Assembly (NCBI GenBank): GCA_012839815.1
Contig: DUMQ01000146.1
Coordinates: 6,141-70,140, forward strand
Direction: 5' to 3'
Length of the DNA stretch: 64,000 nt
Origin: Bacillota bacterium
GTDB taxonomy: Bacteria > Bacillota > SHA-98 > Ch115 > JABLXJ01
Each line of letters begins with the position of its first letter. Position 1 is the stretch's first letter. The notes under the pieces were generated by a model. It saw only the letters and a program-made list of their open reading frames with translations, did not search any database and was not told the origin of the DNA. Positions 17,272 to 28,077 of the stretch are shown here, in pieces. Made by a program: the position numbers and the translations under genes.

Positions 17272-17730
17272 ATGTTGCCGACGCCTAAAAAGTTCACACT
17301 GGTCTGCGGTAGCGCAGAGGGTAAAACCCCATTGACCGCCTTCGACAAGGCGCTTCTCGCTGCGGGGATAGGGAATCTTAACCTTTTGAAGGTGAGCAGT
17401 ATCCTGCCGCCGGGCGCCGAGTATGTTGAGAAACTCGATATAGCGCCGGGGTCCCTCACGCCCACGGCGTATGGCTCGATTATAAGTGAAGTTGAGGGTG
17501 AATTGATTGCGGCCGCGATCGGTGTGGGTATTTACGATGGCAGCTTCGGAGTTATAATGGAATATGAGGGTAAGTGCTCTAAAGAGGAAGCCGAGGAACG
17601 GATAAGCCAGATGATTCGCGAGGCGTTTGAGGTCCGGAATATACCTTTGAGCAAGATGATGATTAAGGGCGTCGAGCACAGGGTTGAGAAGATCGGTTGT
17701 GCTTTTGCCGGGGCTGCTCTCTGGTACTAA
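17272..17730 (+). CDS. pdaD: Pyruvoyl-dependent arginine decarboxylase
   Basis: AFD.ALL.AGIGN.NL.KVSSILPP self-cleavage motif; first gene of the polyamine operon. Confidence 0.9.
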   Translation: MLPTPKKFTLVCGSAEGKTPLTAFDKALLAAGIGNLNLLKVSSILPPGAEYVEKLDIAPGSLTPTAYGSIISEVEGELIAAAIGVGIYDGSFGVIMEYEGKCSKEEAEERISQMIREAFEVRNIPLSKMMIKGVEHRVEKIGCAFAGAALWY

Positions 17731-17749
17731 GGGGGTTTTGAGCGATCTG

Positions 17750-18589
17750 ATGGAGTTGTGGTTTACGGAAAATCAGACGAACGATCTCAAGCTTTCGTGC
17801 AGGATAACCAGGACTTTGCACAGGGAGAAGACGGAATTTCAGGACCTGGCTGTCGTCGACACCGTGGAATACGGGCGGATGCTGGTGCTGGACGGGGCCA
17901 TTCAGACTACAGTGAAGGATGAATTCGTTTATCATGAGATGATCGCGCATGTCCCGATGCTGGCTCACCCCGCCCCCGAGAAGGTGCTGGTGATAGGTGG
18001 CGGCGATGGCGGCACCGTGCGGGAGATCCTGAAACACCCGGGCGTACGCGAGGTTACACTCGTGGAAATAGACCGGCGCGTAATCGAGGTCTCGAGGGAC
18101 CTGCTGCCGGAGACAAGCTGCGGGCTTGGTGATCCCAGGGTGAATATCCGTATAGAGGATGGGATTAAGTATGTGAAGGAGACGAGGCGGGCCTACGATG
18201 TGATCATCGTTGATTCGTCAGACCCAATCGGGCCCGCCGTCGGGCTCTTCTCGTACGACTTTTACAAGGCCGTGTTCGAAGCTCTCGCAGACGACGGTAT
18301 GTTTGTCGCGCAGACGGAGTCGCCCTTTTTGAACCAGAACCTGATACGGCAGGTCTACGCCGATATCTCTAAGGCGTTCCCCGTTGCCAAGCTCTACCTC
18401 GCCCCGGTGCCGACCTACCCGGGCGGGCTGTGGAGCTTTACGGCGGGGTCCAAGGTATATGATCCAGCCGAGCCCCGCGACGTGGGCGAGAAGAGGCCTG
18501 AGGACCTTGAAACCAGGTATTACACCCGCGAGGTGCACAGGGCCGCCTTTGTGCTGCCGCCCTTCGTGGCCGAGCTCTTGCGCCCGTAG
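17750..18589 (+). CDS. speE: Polyamine aminopropyltransferase (spermidine synthase)
   Basis: DEFVYHEM, VLVIGGGDGG, VEID, DSSDP, PTYPGGLW. Confidence 0.96.
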   Translation: MELWFTENQTNDLKLSCRITRTLHREKTEFQDLAVVDTVEYGRMLVLDGAIQTTVKDEFVYHEMIAHVPMLAHPAPEKVLVIGGGDGGTVREILKHPGVREVTLVEIDRRVIEVSRDLLPETSCGLGDPRVNIRIEDGIKYVKETRRAYDVIIVDSSDPIGPAVGLFSYDFYKAVFEALADDGMFVAQTESPFLNQNLIRQVYADISKAFPVAKLYLAPVPTYPGGLWSFTAGSKVYDPAEPRDVGEKRPEDLETRYYTREVHRAAFVLPPFVAELLRP

Positions 18590-18603
18590 GGGGGACAAGC
18601 CAG

Positions 18604-19539
18604 GTGTTCGAAGACCTTTCATTCGAACGGGGCGACAGGTTCATCGGCGCGATCGACTCCTATGAAGCTGCGCAGATTGTCATCCTGGGCGCGCCCATGG
18701 ATTATACGTCGAGCTTCCGGCCCGGATCGAGGTTTGGGCCTGAGCGGATAAGATCCGTTTCCAGGAGTCTTGAGGAATATAGCCCCAATATGGGGAAGGA
18801 ACTTGCGGAATTTCCCTTCTTTGATGCGGGAGATCTCGCGTTGCCCTTTGGCAACGTAGCCCGAAGCCTTGAACTGATTCGCGAGGCTGCGGGTTGTATC
18901 GTCTCCGATGGGAAAATCCCGATTACCCTGGGTGGCGAACACCTCGTGACCCTCCCGGCGGTTGAAGCTGTAAGGGCCGCCTATCCGGATGTCGCGGTCC
19001 TGCATTTTGATGCCCACACTGACCTGAGAGGCGAATACACCGGCGAGCGGCTATCGCACGCCACCGTCATGCGGCTTGTGGCCGGGGTGCTTGGGTACGG
19101 CACATCGAGTCCGGGAGCGGGTCCAGGTGCACCGCGTACACCGCAACGGAGCTCCTTGTTTCAATTCGGCATCCGGTCAGGCACAAGGGAGGAGTTTGAT
19201 CTCGGCCGGGAGATGGGCACCTTGATCCCGGGGGAGCTGCCGGGTGTGCTGGTGGGCAGGCTCTCGCATTTGAAAGATAGGCCGGTCTATGTAACCATTG
19301 ACATCGATATTGTCGATCCCGCCTTTGCGCCGGGGACGGGTGCGCCGGAACCTTGCGGTATAAGCCCCCGGGAGCTCTTTGAGTCCTTGTGGGCGCTTGC
19401 AGGTGTCCATATTGTCGGCCTTGACCTGGTAGAGGTGCTTCCAGCATACGACTATGGCGAGATAACGTCACTTTTGGCGGCGAAGCTTGTGCGGGAGGCT
19501 GTTATCGTAGCCGGCCTGGGGTTGCGGCGCGGTGTTTGA
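18604..19539 (+). CDS. speB: Agmatinase
   Basis: SFRPGSRFGP, GGEH, FDAHTD, DIDIVDPAFAPGTG. Confidence 0.95.
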   Translation: MFEDLSFERGDRFIGAIDSYEAAQIVILGAPMDYTSSFRPGSRFGPERIRSVSRSLEEYSPNMGKELAEFPFFDAGDLALPFGNVARSLELIREAAGCIVSDGKIPITLGGEHLVTLPAVEAVRAAYPDVAVLHFDAHTDLRGEYTGERLSHATVMRLVAGVLGYGTSSPGAGPGAPRTPQRSSLFQFGIRSGTREEFDLGREMGTLIPGELPGVLVGRLSHLKDRPVYVTIDIDIVDPAFAPGTGAPEPCGISPRELFESLWALAGVHIVGLDLVEVLPAYDYGEITSLLAAKLVREAVIVAGLGLRRGV

Positions 19540-19674
19540 TTGTCTTAAAATAATTTTGGGCCTTTTGGGATCAATTAGATACCTGTGGGATGAAAACTGG
19601 CCAGGGGTGGTTTGTGGCCAGCAAAAGAGCCTTGTTATGATCGTAACAAATTTCACGAATACTGGGGGAGATTT

Positions 19675-19701
19675 GAAGGAGAACAAGGACAGTCGTCGAA
19701 T
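19675..19701 (+). promoter_or_regulatory. SigH-type promoter motif before the V/A-ATPase operon
   Basis: GAAGGAGAA-11 nt-GTCGAAT. Confidence 0.5.
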
Positions 19702-19783
19702 TATTGCTGGCGAAGCAAATTGGTAAGCGTTCATGGCTGGAGCGGTTTGGAGTATGGCTCTCGGCTCTAGGAGGTGAAACGGC

Positions 19784-20110
19784 GTGGCAATCGAGGCCCT
19801 GAAGGAGATAAGAGAGACTGAACTCGAGGCGGAGCGGGCGATCAAGTCGGCTCGCGATGAGGCGCGCAGGATCGTGGCTGAGGCCCGCGAAAAGGCCCGC
19901 GAGATTGTCGCGGCGGCGATCGAGGCTGCCCGCAGCGAGGCGGATAGACTGATCGCAGGGGCGGAGGCTGAGGGACAGGCTGAGGCCATATCTATTCGCA
20001 AGAGCAACGAGGAGCTTTGCGAGTCGATTATCAAGGTGGCGAGGGATCGCAAGGCCCGGGCTGTAAATTTGGTAGTGGAGAAGGTCGTGAAGGCTTATGG
20101 CCATAGCTGA
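19784..20110 (+). CDS. V/A-type ATP synthase subunit H/G (peripheral stalk)
   Basis: Ala/Glu-rich coiled coil, first gene of the operon, overlaps the subunit I start. Confidence 0.85.
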   Translation: MAIEALKEIRETELEAERAIKSARDEARRIVAEAREKAREIVAAAIEAARSEADRLIAGAEAEGQAEAISIRKSNEELCESIIKVARDRKARAVNLVVEKVVKAYGHS

Positions 20111-22046
20111 GATGCGGAAAGTTACCATAATCGGGCATCTCGCCGATCGCGCAGCGATCACCGGGGAGCTGCAGAGAGCTGGCGTCATGGAGCTTGAGCC
20201 CATTGAGGAGGAGAGCGAGTCTGGCCCGGACCTTGACGCTGAAGTCAACCCGGAAATCGGAGCTGTGGAGCAGAAGATCGCCGAGCTCAAGTTCTGTATC
20301 GATTTCCTTGATAAGCTCGAGAGGGCGAGGAAGAGCCTCATCCAGCAGTTCGCCGGTTCAAAGATACCTGTCGATCTTGAGGAGTTCAGCAACATGACGA
20401 GGGACGGGGGCTGGCTGCAGCCGGTCCACAGCCAGTGCCGGGATTACGACAGCAGGCTGTCGGCCCTGCGTAACGAGGAGAACCAGCTTCAAAACCTCCT
20501 GAAACAGCTTGCGGGATGGGCATGGCTCGATCTCCCTCTGGATGAGCTCGAGGGCACGCGTCACGCAGGTATAGTCCTGGGGAGCGTAGCCTCGAAGGTC
20601 TACGATGACCTTGTCAGCGAGGCGCGATCCGCATGCGACGGCCTTTACGTCGAGGCCAGGCAGTCGAGCGACCGGCGTGATGTCTACTTCGTGATTATCT
20701 ATGCTCGTCAGGACGAGCAGGCCCTTTTCGAGGTGCTTAAGAAGTACGAATATACGAGGCACCAGTTTCAGGGCCTGGCGGGCACGCCGCGCGAATGTAT
20801 GGAGGCTACGAGACTGCGCCTGGACGCCATATCTGCAGAGAGGGAGGGCATCCTTGGTGAGGCGCGGAAGCTCTTAAGCTACAGGACTCAAATCTATGCT
20901 ATGTATGATTCGCTCTCCCTCAAGAGGGACAGGTTGATGGCGTTGAGACAAACGGTCGTGACCAGGCGAGCCTTTGCGCTCCGGGGGTGGGCGGTCAGTG
21001 ATAATATCCCCGCGCTTCGCGACTCGCTGGTTAAGAAATTCGATTCCATCGTCATCCAGGATGAACCCCCGGCGGAGGGAGAGGCCGCCCCGGTCGCGTT
21101 GAGGAACACATCGGTTGTGACCCCGTTCGAGGCTGTGACCGAGATCTACAGCATGCCTCACCAGGATGGTATCGACCCCACTCCGTGGCTTGCGCCGTTC
21201 TTTTTTGTGTTTTTTGGAATGTGCCTCGGCGATGTGGGATATGGTATCCTCTTGACTCTGCTTTGCGTTATATTGCTCAAGAAGATCAGGATGGCCGGCC
21301 TCGGCAAGAAGCTCTTCGTGCTCCTGGCGATCAGCGGGATCTCGTCTGCGCTGATGGGGGCGGTGACGGGCAGCTGGTTTGGCAACCTGGTCAAGGTTGA
21401 ACCCTTGTGGTTTAACCCTCTCGACAACCCTCTCCTCATGCTGGGGGTTTCGTTTGCCCTTGGCCTTGTGCAGATCCTCGTTGGGCTCGGCATAAAGTTC
21501 GGGATGAACGTGAGGAGGGGACGCATTGCAGACGCCGTATTTGACCAGGGATTTTGGTTCCTGCTGATCCTGGGCCTGACGCTCGTCATGGTGGGCATGC
21601 AGGTCAAAGCGGGCGGTATATCGACTATCGCCACGTGGCTCGCGGCGATCGGCGCCCTGGGCCTCATTGCGACGCAGGGCCGGGCCAACAAGGGCGTCAT
21701 AAAGCGGCTAGCTTCCGGCGTCTTGAGCCTTTACGGGATCACAGGTTATCTCAGCGACGTGCTTTCGTATTCTCGTCTGCTTGCCCTCGGACTCGCGTCG
21801 AGCGTGATCGCCACAGTCATAGATGACCTGGCCCTCCGCTTGACCGGTATCCCCGTGCTGGGCTGGATAGCCATGGCCATCCTTCTTATAGTGGGCCATA
21901 CCTTTAACCTGCTGATCAATGTGGTGGGCTCTTACGTCCACTCAAGCAGGCTCCAGTATGTTGAGTTCTTTAGCAAGTTCTTCGAGGGCGGCGGCAGGAG
22001 GTTTGCTCCCTTCAGGGTGAGGACCAAGTATATAGATTTAGTCTAG
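20097..22046 (+). CDS. ntpI: V/A-type ATP synthase subunit I (a)
   Basis: DPTPWLAPFF, GD.GYG, SDVLSYSRLLALGL, RLQYVEFF.KF. Confidence 0.96.
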   Translation: MAIAEMRKVTIIGHLADRAAITGELQRAGVMELEPIEEESESGPDLDAEVNPEIGAVEQKIAELKFCIDFLDKLERARKSLIQQFAGSKIPVDLEEFSNMTRDGGWLQPVHSQCRDYDSRLSALRNEENQLQNLLKQLAGWAWLDLPLDELEGTRHAGIVLGSVASKVYDDLVSEARSACDGLYVEARQSSDRRDVYFVIIYARQDEQALFEVLKKYEYTRHQFQGLAGTPRECMEATRLRLDAISAEREGILGEARKLLSYRTQIYAMYDSLSLKRDRLMALRQTVVTRRAFALRGWAVSDNIPALRDSLVKKFDSIVIQDEPPAEGEAAPVALRNTSVVTPFEAVTEIYSMPHQDGIDPTPWLAPFFFVFFGMCLGDVGYGILLTLLCVILLKKIRMAGLGKKLFVLLAISGISSALMGAVTGSWFGNLVKVEPLWFNPLDNPLLMLGVSFALGLVQILVGLGIKFGMNVRRGRIADAVFDQGFWFLLILGLTLVMVGMQVKAGGISTIATWLAAIGALGLIATQGRANKGVIKRLASGVLSLYGITGYLSDVLSYSRLLALGLASSVIATVIDDLALRLTGIPVLGWIAMAILLIVGHTFNLLINVVGSYVHSSRLQYVEFFSKFFEGGGRRFAPFRVRTKYIDLV

Positions 22047-22286
22047 GGAGGCATCGTGTCCCTAAGTTAATGCACATAAATCTTTGCCCCTTTCGATACT
22101 GGCACAAGGCGCCTCGCATCTTTTCACCGGGCGCCTGGCGGACGCGGCCATGGGGCAGGCCGCTCCCGTGCACCAACTTGGTTGGTTGGATCCTGATACA
22201 TTTTTATATTGTGGGCGTATGCGTGTTATAGCAATGGCAAAGGGAGAAAGCAGGAGAAGAGAATAAGACGAGGGAGGCAACATCAA

Positions 22287-22781
22287 ATGGAGCTCACAGT
22301 CGGAACGATCTTGGGATTCTTGGGTATAGCGCTTGCGGTCGCCCTTCCGGGGGTCGGGTCAGCCATTGGCGTCGGGCTCGTTGGGACGGCGGGTTCGGGC
22401 GTCGTGACGGAGGACCCTGACAAGTTTGGCCAGATACTGCTGCTGCAGGTCATCCCCGGTACTCAGGGGATATACGGGCTCCTCTCGGGGCTCCTTCTCA
22501 TGGGCAAGCTGAATGTCTTTAGCTTCGGTAAGCCTGTGTTGCTCACCATCCCTGAGGGCGCCCTCGTGGTGATGGCCGCCCTTCCTATAGCTATAGTTGG
22601 GTGGTTCTCCGCGATACACCAGGGCAAGGTTGCGGCCGCGGGCGTCGGTGTGGCGGCCAAAAGGCCTGAGGAGCTCGGGAAGGCCGTCACCTTCGCGGCA
22701 ATGGTCGAGACGTACGCAGTTCTCGCATTCCTGGCGACCTTGCTCCTGATCTTCGGAATCCCCATCAAGGGAGTGGCGTAA
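22287..22781 (+). CDS. ntpK: V/A-type ATP synthase subunit K (c), Na+-binding type
   Basis: PGTQGIYG, SAIHQG, VETYAV as in Enterococcus NtpK. Confidence 0.95.
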   Translation: MELTVGTILGFLGIALAVALPGVGSAIGVGLVGTAGSGVVTEDPDKFGQILLLQVIPGTQGIYGLLSGLLLMGKLNVFSFGKPVLLTIPEGALVVMAALPIAIVGWFSAIHQGKVAAAGVGVAAKRPEELGKAVTFAAMVETYAVLAFLATLLLIFGIPIKGVA

Positions 22782-22784
22782 TCA

Positions 22785-23435
22785 ATGATGGAAAGCATAG
22801 AAGGCGAAAGCGCTGCGGTTGGTGGACGCGAAGGGCTTTCGCGGTTGAAAGATAGAATCCTCGACGAGGCTAGAGCGGCCGCCGAGGAGGTAAGGAGCGC
22901 GGCCCGGAAGGAGGCCGAGGCTATACTCCGGGAGGCGGAGGCGCTGGCCGAGAGACGCAGGGAGGAAATACTGAGCCGTGCCCGCGAGGAGGCGGCGGAG
23001 CGAAAGCAGCGGATAATCACCCTTGCAGAGCTCGAGGCGCGCAAGGCGATCCTCAGCGCAAAGGAGGAGCTCATCGAGGAGGTATTCCGGGAGGGGCTCC
23101 AGGCGCTGCTGGACCTCGATGAGGGAAGCTATCGTGCCATGTTGAAGGGCATGATCCTTGATGCCGCCCCCTCAGGCGAGAGTGAGATCGAGGTGATCCT
23201 ATCCGATCGGGACCGCGAGAGGCTCGGGCAAGCGTTCCTCGATGAGGTGAGCGAGGAACTCCGGGCGACTCGCCGCTCGGGCCGGTTGGCCATGTCCGCT
23301 GAGACGAGAGGGCTGGCCGGCGGGTTTATCTTAAAGACGCGGGCGATGGAGATTAATAGCTCGCTGGAGGCTATAGTGGCGGGCGAGCGCGAAGAGCTTC
23401 TGGCCAGGGTGGCGGGGATACTCTTCGGCCACTAA
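22785..23435 (+). CDS. ntpE: V/A-type ATP synthase subunit E
   Basis: N-terminal coiled coil, GGFIL...EINSS; operon position. Confidence 0.9.
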   Translation: MMESIEGESAAVGGREGLSRLKDRILDEARAAAEEVRSAARKEAEAILREAEALAERRREEILSRAREEAAERKQRIITLAELEARKAILSAKEELIEEVFREGLQALLDLDEGSYRAMLKGMILDAAPSGESEIEVILSDRDRERLGQAFLDEVSEELRATRRSGRLAMSAETRGLAGGFILKTRAMEINSSLEAIVAGEREELLARVAGILFGH

Positions 23436-23520
23436 CAAAACATCCATAAGAGAAAGTGGTTGACACCATGTAGAAGGAGCTACACCATAGAGGGAGCTGC
23501 ACCCGTAAATAGAAGGGTGG

Positions 23521-24564
23521 ATGTCAATGGTTGAATTCGAATCGAAATACGCTTATTCCGTTGCCAGGACTCGCGTCCTCGAGACGAGGCTCCTGGATTG
23601 GGGTAGGCTCGAAAGGATGCTGGATGCAGCGGACGTAGAGGAAGCGCTCAAGGTGCTGCAGGAGTCAGATTATTCCGTTGGCTTTGATTACGAGGCTATG
23701 CTTTCAAATGAACTCAAGAGGGTTTATGCCCTGCTCTCGGAGATGGCGCCCGACCCGAGGCTCGTCCGGATGTTCCTGGTAAGATACGACTTCCATAATC
23801 TTAAGGTCCTGCTGAAGGCGCGCCTGCTGTGGGAAGGCGCCGGGAGAGGTGGGGTGGATGCTGGCCAGGCGCCGCGGTCTGATCGCGTGCCGAAGCGGGC
23901 GTTGTTTGATATCGGCTCGGTCAAGCTGGAGACACTGGCGCGGGCCGTGAATGAGGGTGAGGTCCGAGACCTCCCCGAGCCGCACCGGGCGGCCCTGCAG
24001 CGCGCCTTAGCCGCATATGAAGAGACTCGTGATCCTGTTACGATAGATAATGTGCTGGACAGGGAGGCATATTCTTTCATGTGCGCCGAGGCGGCAGGGC
24101 AGGGGATCGACTTCCTTGTGGATTACCTGGCCAGGCAGGCCGACCTCATTAACATCGCGACCTTTATCCGGTCAAAGCAGATGGGCAAGGATAGGTCTTC
24201 CTTTACGGAGGCTTTCTTGCCGTGCGGCAGGCTAGAGTTGAGTAAATTCCTGGATGTGTACGACCGGCCCCCGGAGGCCATAGCGGATGAGTTTGCCGGG
24301 AGCGACTACGCACCCATTATCGAGGATGGCCTCAAGCACCTTGCGGCGGATGGAAGCCTTTCGTATTTTGAAAAGGCCCGTGACATCTACCTGCTCAATT
24401 ATCTAAAGAAGGCAAAATATGTTGCGTTTGGCCCGGAACCTTTGATCGGCTATCTCCTGGCCAAGGAGAATGAGATCCGGATGCTCAGGATCATCCTGGT
24501 CGGCAAGGCCAACGGCCTTACCAGGGAGACCATCAAGGAAAGGTTACGTGATGTCTATGTATAA
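23521..24564 (+). CDS. ntpC: V/A-type ATP synthase subunit C (d)
   Basis: AR.RVLE.RLL, YDFHNLK.LLK, FGPEPLIGYLLAKENEI. Confidence 0.93.
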   Translation: MSMVEFESKYAYSVARTRVLETRLLDWGRLERMLDAADVEEALKVLQESDYSVGFDYEAMLSNELKRVYALLSEMAPDPRLVRMFLVRYDFHNLKVLLKARLLWEGAGRGGVDAGQAPRSDRVPKRALFDIGSVKLETLARAVNEGEVRDLPEPHRAALQRALAAYEETRDPVTIDNVLDREAYSFMCAEAAGQGIDFLVDYLARQADLINIATFIRSKQMGKDRSSFTEAFLPCGRLELSKFLDVYDRPPEAIADEFAGSDYAPIIEDGLKHLAADGSLSYFEKARDIYLLNYLKKAKYVAFGPEPLIGYLLAKENEIRMLRIILVGKANGLTRETIKERLRDVYV

Positions 24565-24892
24565 GATCGGTGTTATAGGTGACAGGGACTCGGTGCTGGG
24601 GTTTCGAGCCCTCGGCGTCTCGGTCTTCCCTGTCGCCGATGCCGAGAGCGCAAAGAGAACCCTCCGCGATATAGTGAAGGAGGGGTTCGCCTGTATTTTC
24701 CTGACCGAGGCTCTTGCGGCAAATATGGGAGAGGAGTTGGAGCGGTTCAGCCGGGAGCCGCTTCCCGCCATCCTTCTTATTCCAAACAACGCGGGGAGCC
24801 TTGGCATAGCCATGCGTAAGATGAAGGCTGCCGTGGAGAGGGCGGTCGGGGCCGACATCCTATTTCAAGAAGAGGTAGGTAAGCAGCTATGA
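24557..24892 (+). CDS. V/A-type ATP synthase subunit F
   Basis: [19 protein letters not shown]...VERAVGADI. Confidence 0.93.
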   Translation: MYKIGVIGDRDSVLGFRALGVSVFPVADAESAKRTLRDIVKEGFACIFLTEALAANMGEELERFSREPLPAILLIPNNAGSLGIAMRKMKAAVERAVGADILFQEEVGKQL

Positions 24893-26667
24893 ATGGAGGA
24901 AGGATCATCAAGGTTTCAGGCCCCCTCGTAGTCGCCGAGGGGATGCATGATGCCAAGATGTACGATGTAGTCCGGGTGGGCGAGAAGAGGCTCGTCGGGG
25001 AGATAATTGAGATTCGCGGAGATAAGGCTTCGATACAGGTCTACGAGGAGACGGCCGGGCTCGGCCCGGGGGACCCGGTATACACGACGGGCGAGCCCCT
25101 CAGCGTTGAGCTGGGACCGGGCCTCATCGAGGCCATTTACGACGGTATTCAGAGGCCGCTCGATGTTATTCGCGCGACCGCAGGTGACCGCATCGAGCGC
25201 GGCGTGGAGGCGCCGGGCCTGGATCGCACGAGGAAGTGGCGATTTGAGCCCAGGGCCAGGGTTGGTGATCACGTCGGTCCCGGCGATGTCCTGGGGGTGG
25301 TCAGTGAGACCCCTGTGGTGGAGCACCGTATAATGGTGCCCTACGGCGTCGAGGGACGGGTCGAGCAGATCGAGCCCTGCGAGGCAACTGTGACGGAGAC
25401 GATAGCCAGGATCAGCACTGCCGGCGGGGTCCGCGAGATCTCGATGATGAGCCGGTGGCCCGTTCGCAGGGGCAGGCCTTACAGGGAGAAGTTGCCGCCG
25501 GTTGAGCCCCTCATCACGGGCCAGCGCATCATAGATACCCTCTTTCCTGTGGCCAAGGGCGGCACGGCGTGCGTGCCCGGGCCTTTTGGGAGCGGGAAGA
25601 CCATCATCCAGCACCAGCTCGCCCGCTGGGCTGATGCTGATATCATAGTCTACATCGGGTGCGGCGAGCGCGGCAACGAGATGACCGAGGTGCTCATGGA
25701 TTTCCCGGAGTTGACGGACCCTCGCACCGGCGAGCCGCTCATGAAGCGGACCGTGTTGATTGCGAACACCTCGGATATGCCGGTCGCGGCGCGTGAAGCG
25801 TCGGTCTATACGGGCATCACGATTGCAGAGTACTTCCGGGACATGGGTTACAGCGTTGCCCTGATGGCGGATTCCACCTCGCGCTGGGCCGAGGCTCTGA
25901 GAGAGATATCGGGACGGCTCGAGGAGATGCCCGGCGAGGAAGGGTATCCAGCTTACCTGGGGTCCCGGGTCGCTGAATTCTACGAGAGAGCTGGCCGCGT
26001 CGTCTGCCTGGGGAAGGACGGCCGGGAGGGCAGGCTGACCGTTGTAGGGGCGGTTTCGCCGCCGGGTGGCGACCTTTCGGAGCCCGTGACGCAGGCCACG
26101 TTGAGGATCGTCAAGGTCTTCTGGGGGCTCGATGACGCGCTGGCGGCGAGAAGGCATTTCCCCGCCATCAACTGGCTGAGGAGCTATTCCCTCTACCTCG
26201 ACAGGCTCGAGGAGTATATAAAGCGTGAGATAGCAGGCGATTGGGGAGAACTGCGAAGAGAGGCCATGAAGATCCTGCAGGAGGAGTCCGAGCTGGAGGA
26301 GATCGTGAGGCTGGTTGGCGTGGATGCCCTCTCGGTGCAGGACCGCCTGACGCTGGAGACGGCGAAGTCCCTGCGAGAGGATTTCCTGCACCAGAACGCC
26401 TATCACGAGGTTGATACGTATACATCCCTTGCGAAGCAGTACAGGATGCTCAAGGCGATTCTCCATTTTCACCATGCAGCCCGAGCCGCCCTGGAGGGTG
26501 GCGCCGCGCTAAATGCCATCCTGGAGCTGCCCGTGAGGGAGTCCATCGCAAGGATGAAGTATATCCCGGAGACGGAGATGCAGAGGTTTGATAATATCGA
26601 GAGGGATATAAAGGAGCAGGTCGGTGCTCTGGGTGCGACGGAGACGGGAGGCGAGGAAGTTGCTTAA
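24889..26667 (+). CDS. ntpA: V/A-type ATP synthase subunit A
   Basis: [29 protein letters not shown]. Confidence 0.98.
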   Translation: MNGGRIIKVSGPLVVAEGMHDAKMYDVVRVGEKRLVGEIIEIRGDKASIQVYEETAGLGPGDPVYTTGEPLSVELGPGLIEAIYDGIQRPLDVIRATAGDRIERGVEAPGLDRTRKWRFEPRARVGDHVGPGDVLGVVSETPVVEHRIMVPYGVEGRVEQIEPCEATVTETIARISTAGGVREISMMSRWPVRRGRPYREKLPPVEPLITGQRIIDTLFPVAKGGTACVPGPFGSGKTIIQHQLARWADADIIVYIGCGERGNEMTEVLMDFPELTDPRTGEPLMKRTVLIANTSDMPVAAREASVYTGITIAEYFRDMGYSVALMADSTSRWAEALREISGRLEEMPGEEGYPAYLGSRVAEFYERAGRVVCLGKDGREGRLTVVGAVSPPGGDLSEPVTQATLRIVKVFWGLDDALAARRHFPAINWLRSYSLYLDRLEEYIKREIAGDWGELRREAMKILQEESELEEIVRLVGVDALSVQDRLTLETAKSLREDFLHQNAYHEVDTYTSLAKQYRMLKAILHFHHAARAALEGGAALNAILELPVRESIARMKYIPETEMQRFDNIERDIKEQVGALGATETGGEEVA

Positions 26668-28045
26668 GGAATACCTGACAATCCGGGAGGTTGCCGGCCC
26701 CCTGATGCTTGTCGAGCAGGTGGAGGACGTAAAGTACGGCGAGCTGGTCGAGATCGAGCTTGCGAGCGGGGAGGTCCGCCGGGGGCGTGTCCTGGAGGCA
26801 TCGGGGACAAATGCCCTTATCCAGTTGTTTGAAGGCTCAACGGGCCTCAATATCTCGTCCGCCAGGGTTAGATTTCTCGGCCATGGCATCGAGCTTGCCG
26901 TATCCATGGATATCCTCGGTCGCGTCTTTGACGGCCTCGGCCGCCCCCGGGATAACGGGCCGCGGATCATTCCCGAAAAGAAGCTGGATATCAACGGGAA
27001 CCCGATAAACCCCTATGCCAGGGACTACCCGTCGGAGTTTATCCAGACGGGGATCTCCGCCATAGATGGCCTGAATACCCTCGTGAGAGGCCAGAAGCTT
27101 CCCATATTCTCGGCGTCGGGCCTGCCCCATGCCGAGCTCGCCGCCCAGATCGCGAGGCAGGCCAGGGTTCTGGCCACGGAGGAGAAGTTTGCGGTGGTCT
27201 TTGGTGCCATGGGGATCACCTTTGAGGAGGCCGACTACTTTATTTCGGACTTCCGGCGAACCGGCGCCATAGAGCGCGCGGTGCTCTTCGTAAACCTTGC
27301 CAATGACCCTGCCATTGAGCGGATCGCGACGCCCAGGATGGCCCTGACGGCCGCCGAGTACCTGGCGTATGAGCAGGATATGCACGTGCTGGTCATCCTC
27401 ACCGACATGACAAATTACTGCGAGGCCCTTCGCGAGGTCTCCGCTGCGCGTAAGGAGGTGCCGGGCCGGCGAGGCTACCCGGGCTATCTCTACACCGACC
27501 TTGCCACCATCTACGAGCGGGCTGGCCGTATAAGGGGCAGGAAGGGCTCGATAACCCAGATACCGATCCTGACCATGCCCGAGGATGATAAGACGCATCC
27601 CATAGTCGACCTCACGGGGTATATCACTGAGGGCCAGATCTTCCTCTCGCGTGACCTGCACCGCAAGGGTATCTACCCGCCGATTGATGTGTTGCCCTCG
27701 CTCTCGCGCCTGAAAGATAAGGGTATAGGTAAGGGCAAGACGCGCGAGGATCATTCGGATACCATGAACCAGCTTTACGCTGCCTATGCTCGGGGCAAAG
27801 AGGCAAAGGAACTGGCTGTGATCCTCGGCGAGGCGGCATTGTCCGATATCGACAGGCAGTTTGCGAAGTTTGCCGACGCGTTTGAGGCGCGCTATGTCAC
27901 CCAGGGCAGGGATGAGAACCGCACCATCGAGGAGACGTTGAATATCGGGTGGGAACTCCTCGCAATGTTGCCCAGGAGGGAACTCAAGCGCGTGCGCGAT
28001 GAGTACCTTGAGAAGTACCTGCCCAGGGCTGCTGCCGGGTCCTAG
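26660..28045 (+). CDS. ntpB: V/A-type ATP synthase subunit B
   Basis: [38 protein letters not shown]. Confidence 0.98.
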   Translation: MLKEYLTIREVAGPLMLVEQVEDVKYGELVEIELASGEVRRGRVLEASGTNALIQLFEGSTGLNISSARVRFLGHGIELAVSMDILGRVFDGLGRPRDNGPRIIPEKKLDINGNPINPYARDYPSEFIQTGISAIDGLNTLVRGQKLPIFSASGLPHAELAAQIARQARVLATEEKFAVVFGAMGITFEEADYFISDFRRTGAIERAVLFVNLANDPAIERIATPRMALTAAEYLAYEQDMHVLVILTDMTNYCEALREVSAARKEVPGRRGYPGYLYTDLATIYERAGRIRGRKGSITQIPILTMPEDDKTHPIVDLTGYITEGQIFLSRDLHRKGIYPPIDVLPSLSRLKDKGIGKGKTREDHSDTMNQLYAAYARGKEAKELAVILGEAALSDIDRQFAKFADAFEARYVTQGRDENRTIEETLNIGWELLAMLPRRELKRVRDEYLEKYLPRAAAGS

Positions 28046-28077
28046 TCTAGGAAGCACAAGCCGGAGGGGTGAGGTAG

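Noticed and set aside
19700-19783. Na+ riboswitch ahead of the Na+ V-ATPase operon
   Set aside because: I could not match the consensus by eye; needs an Infernal search
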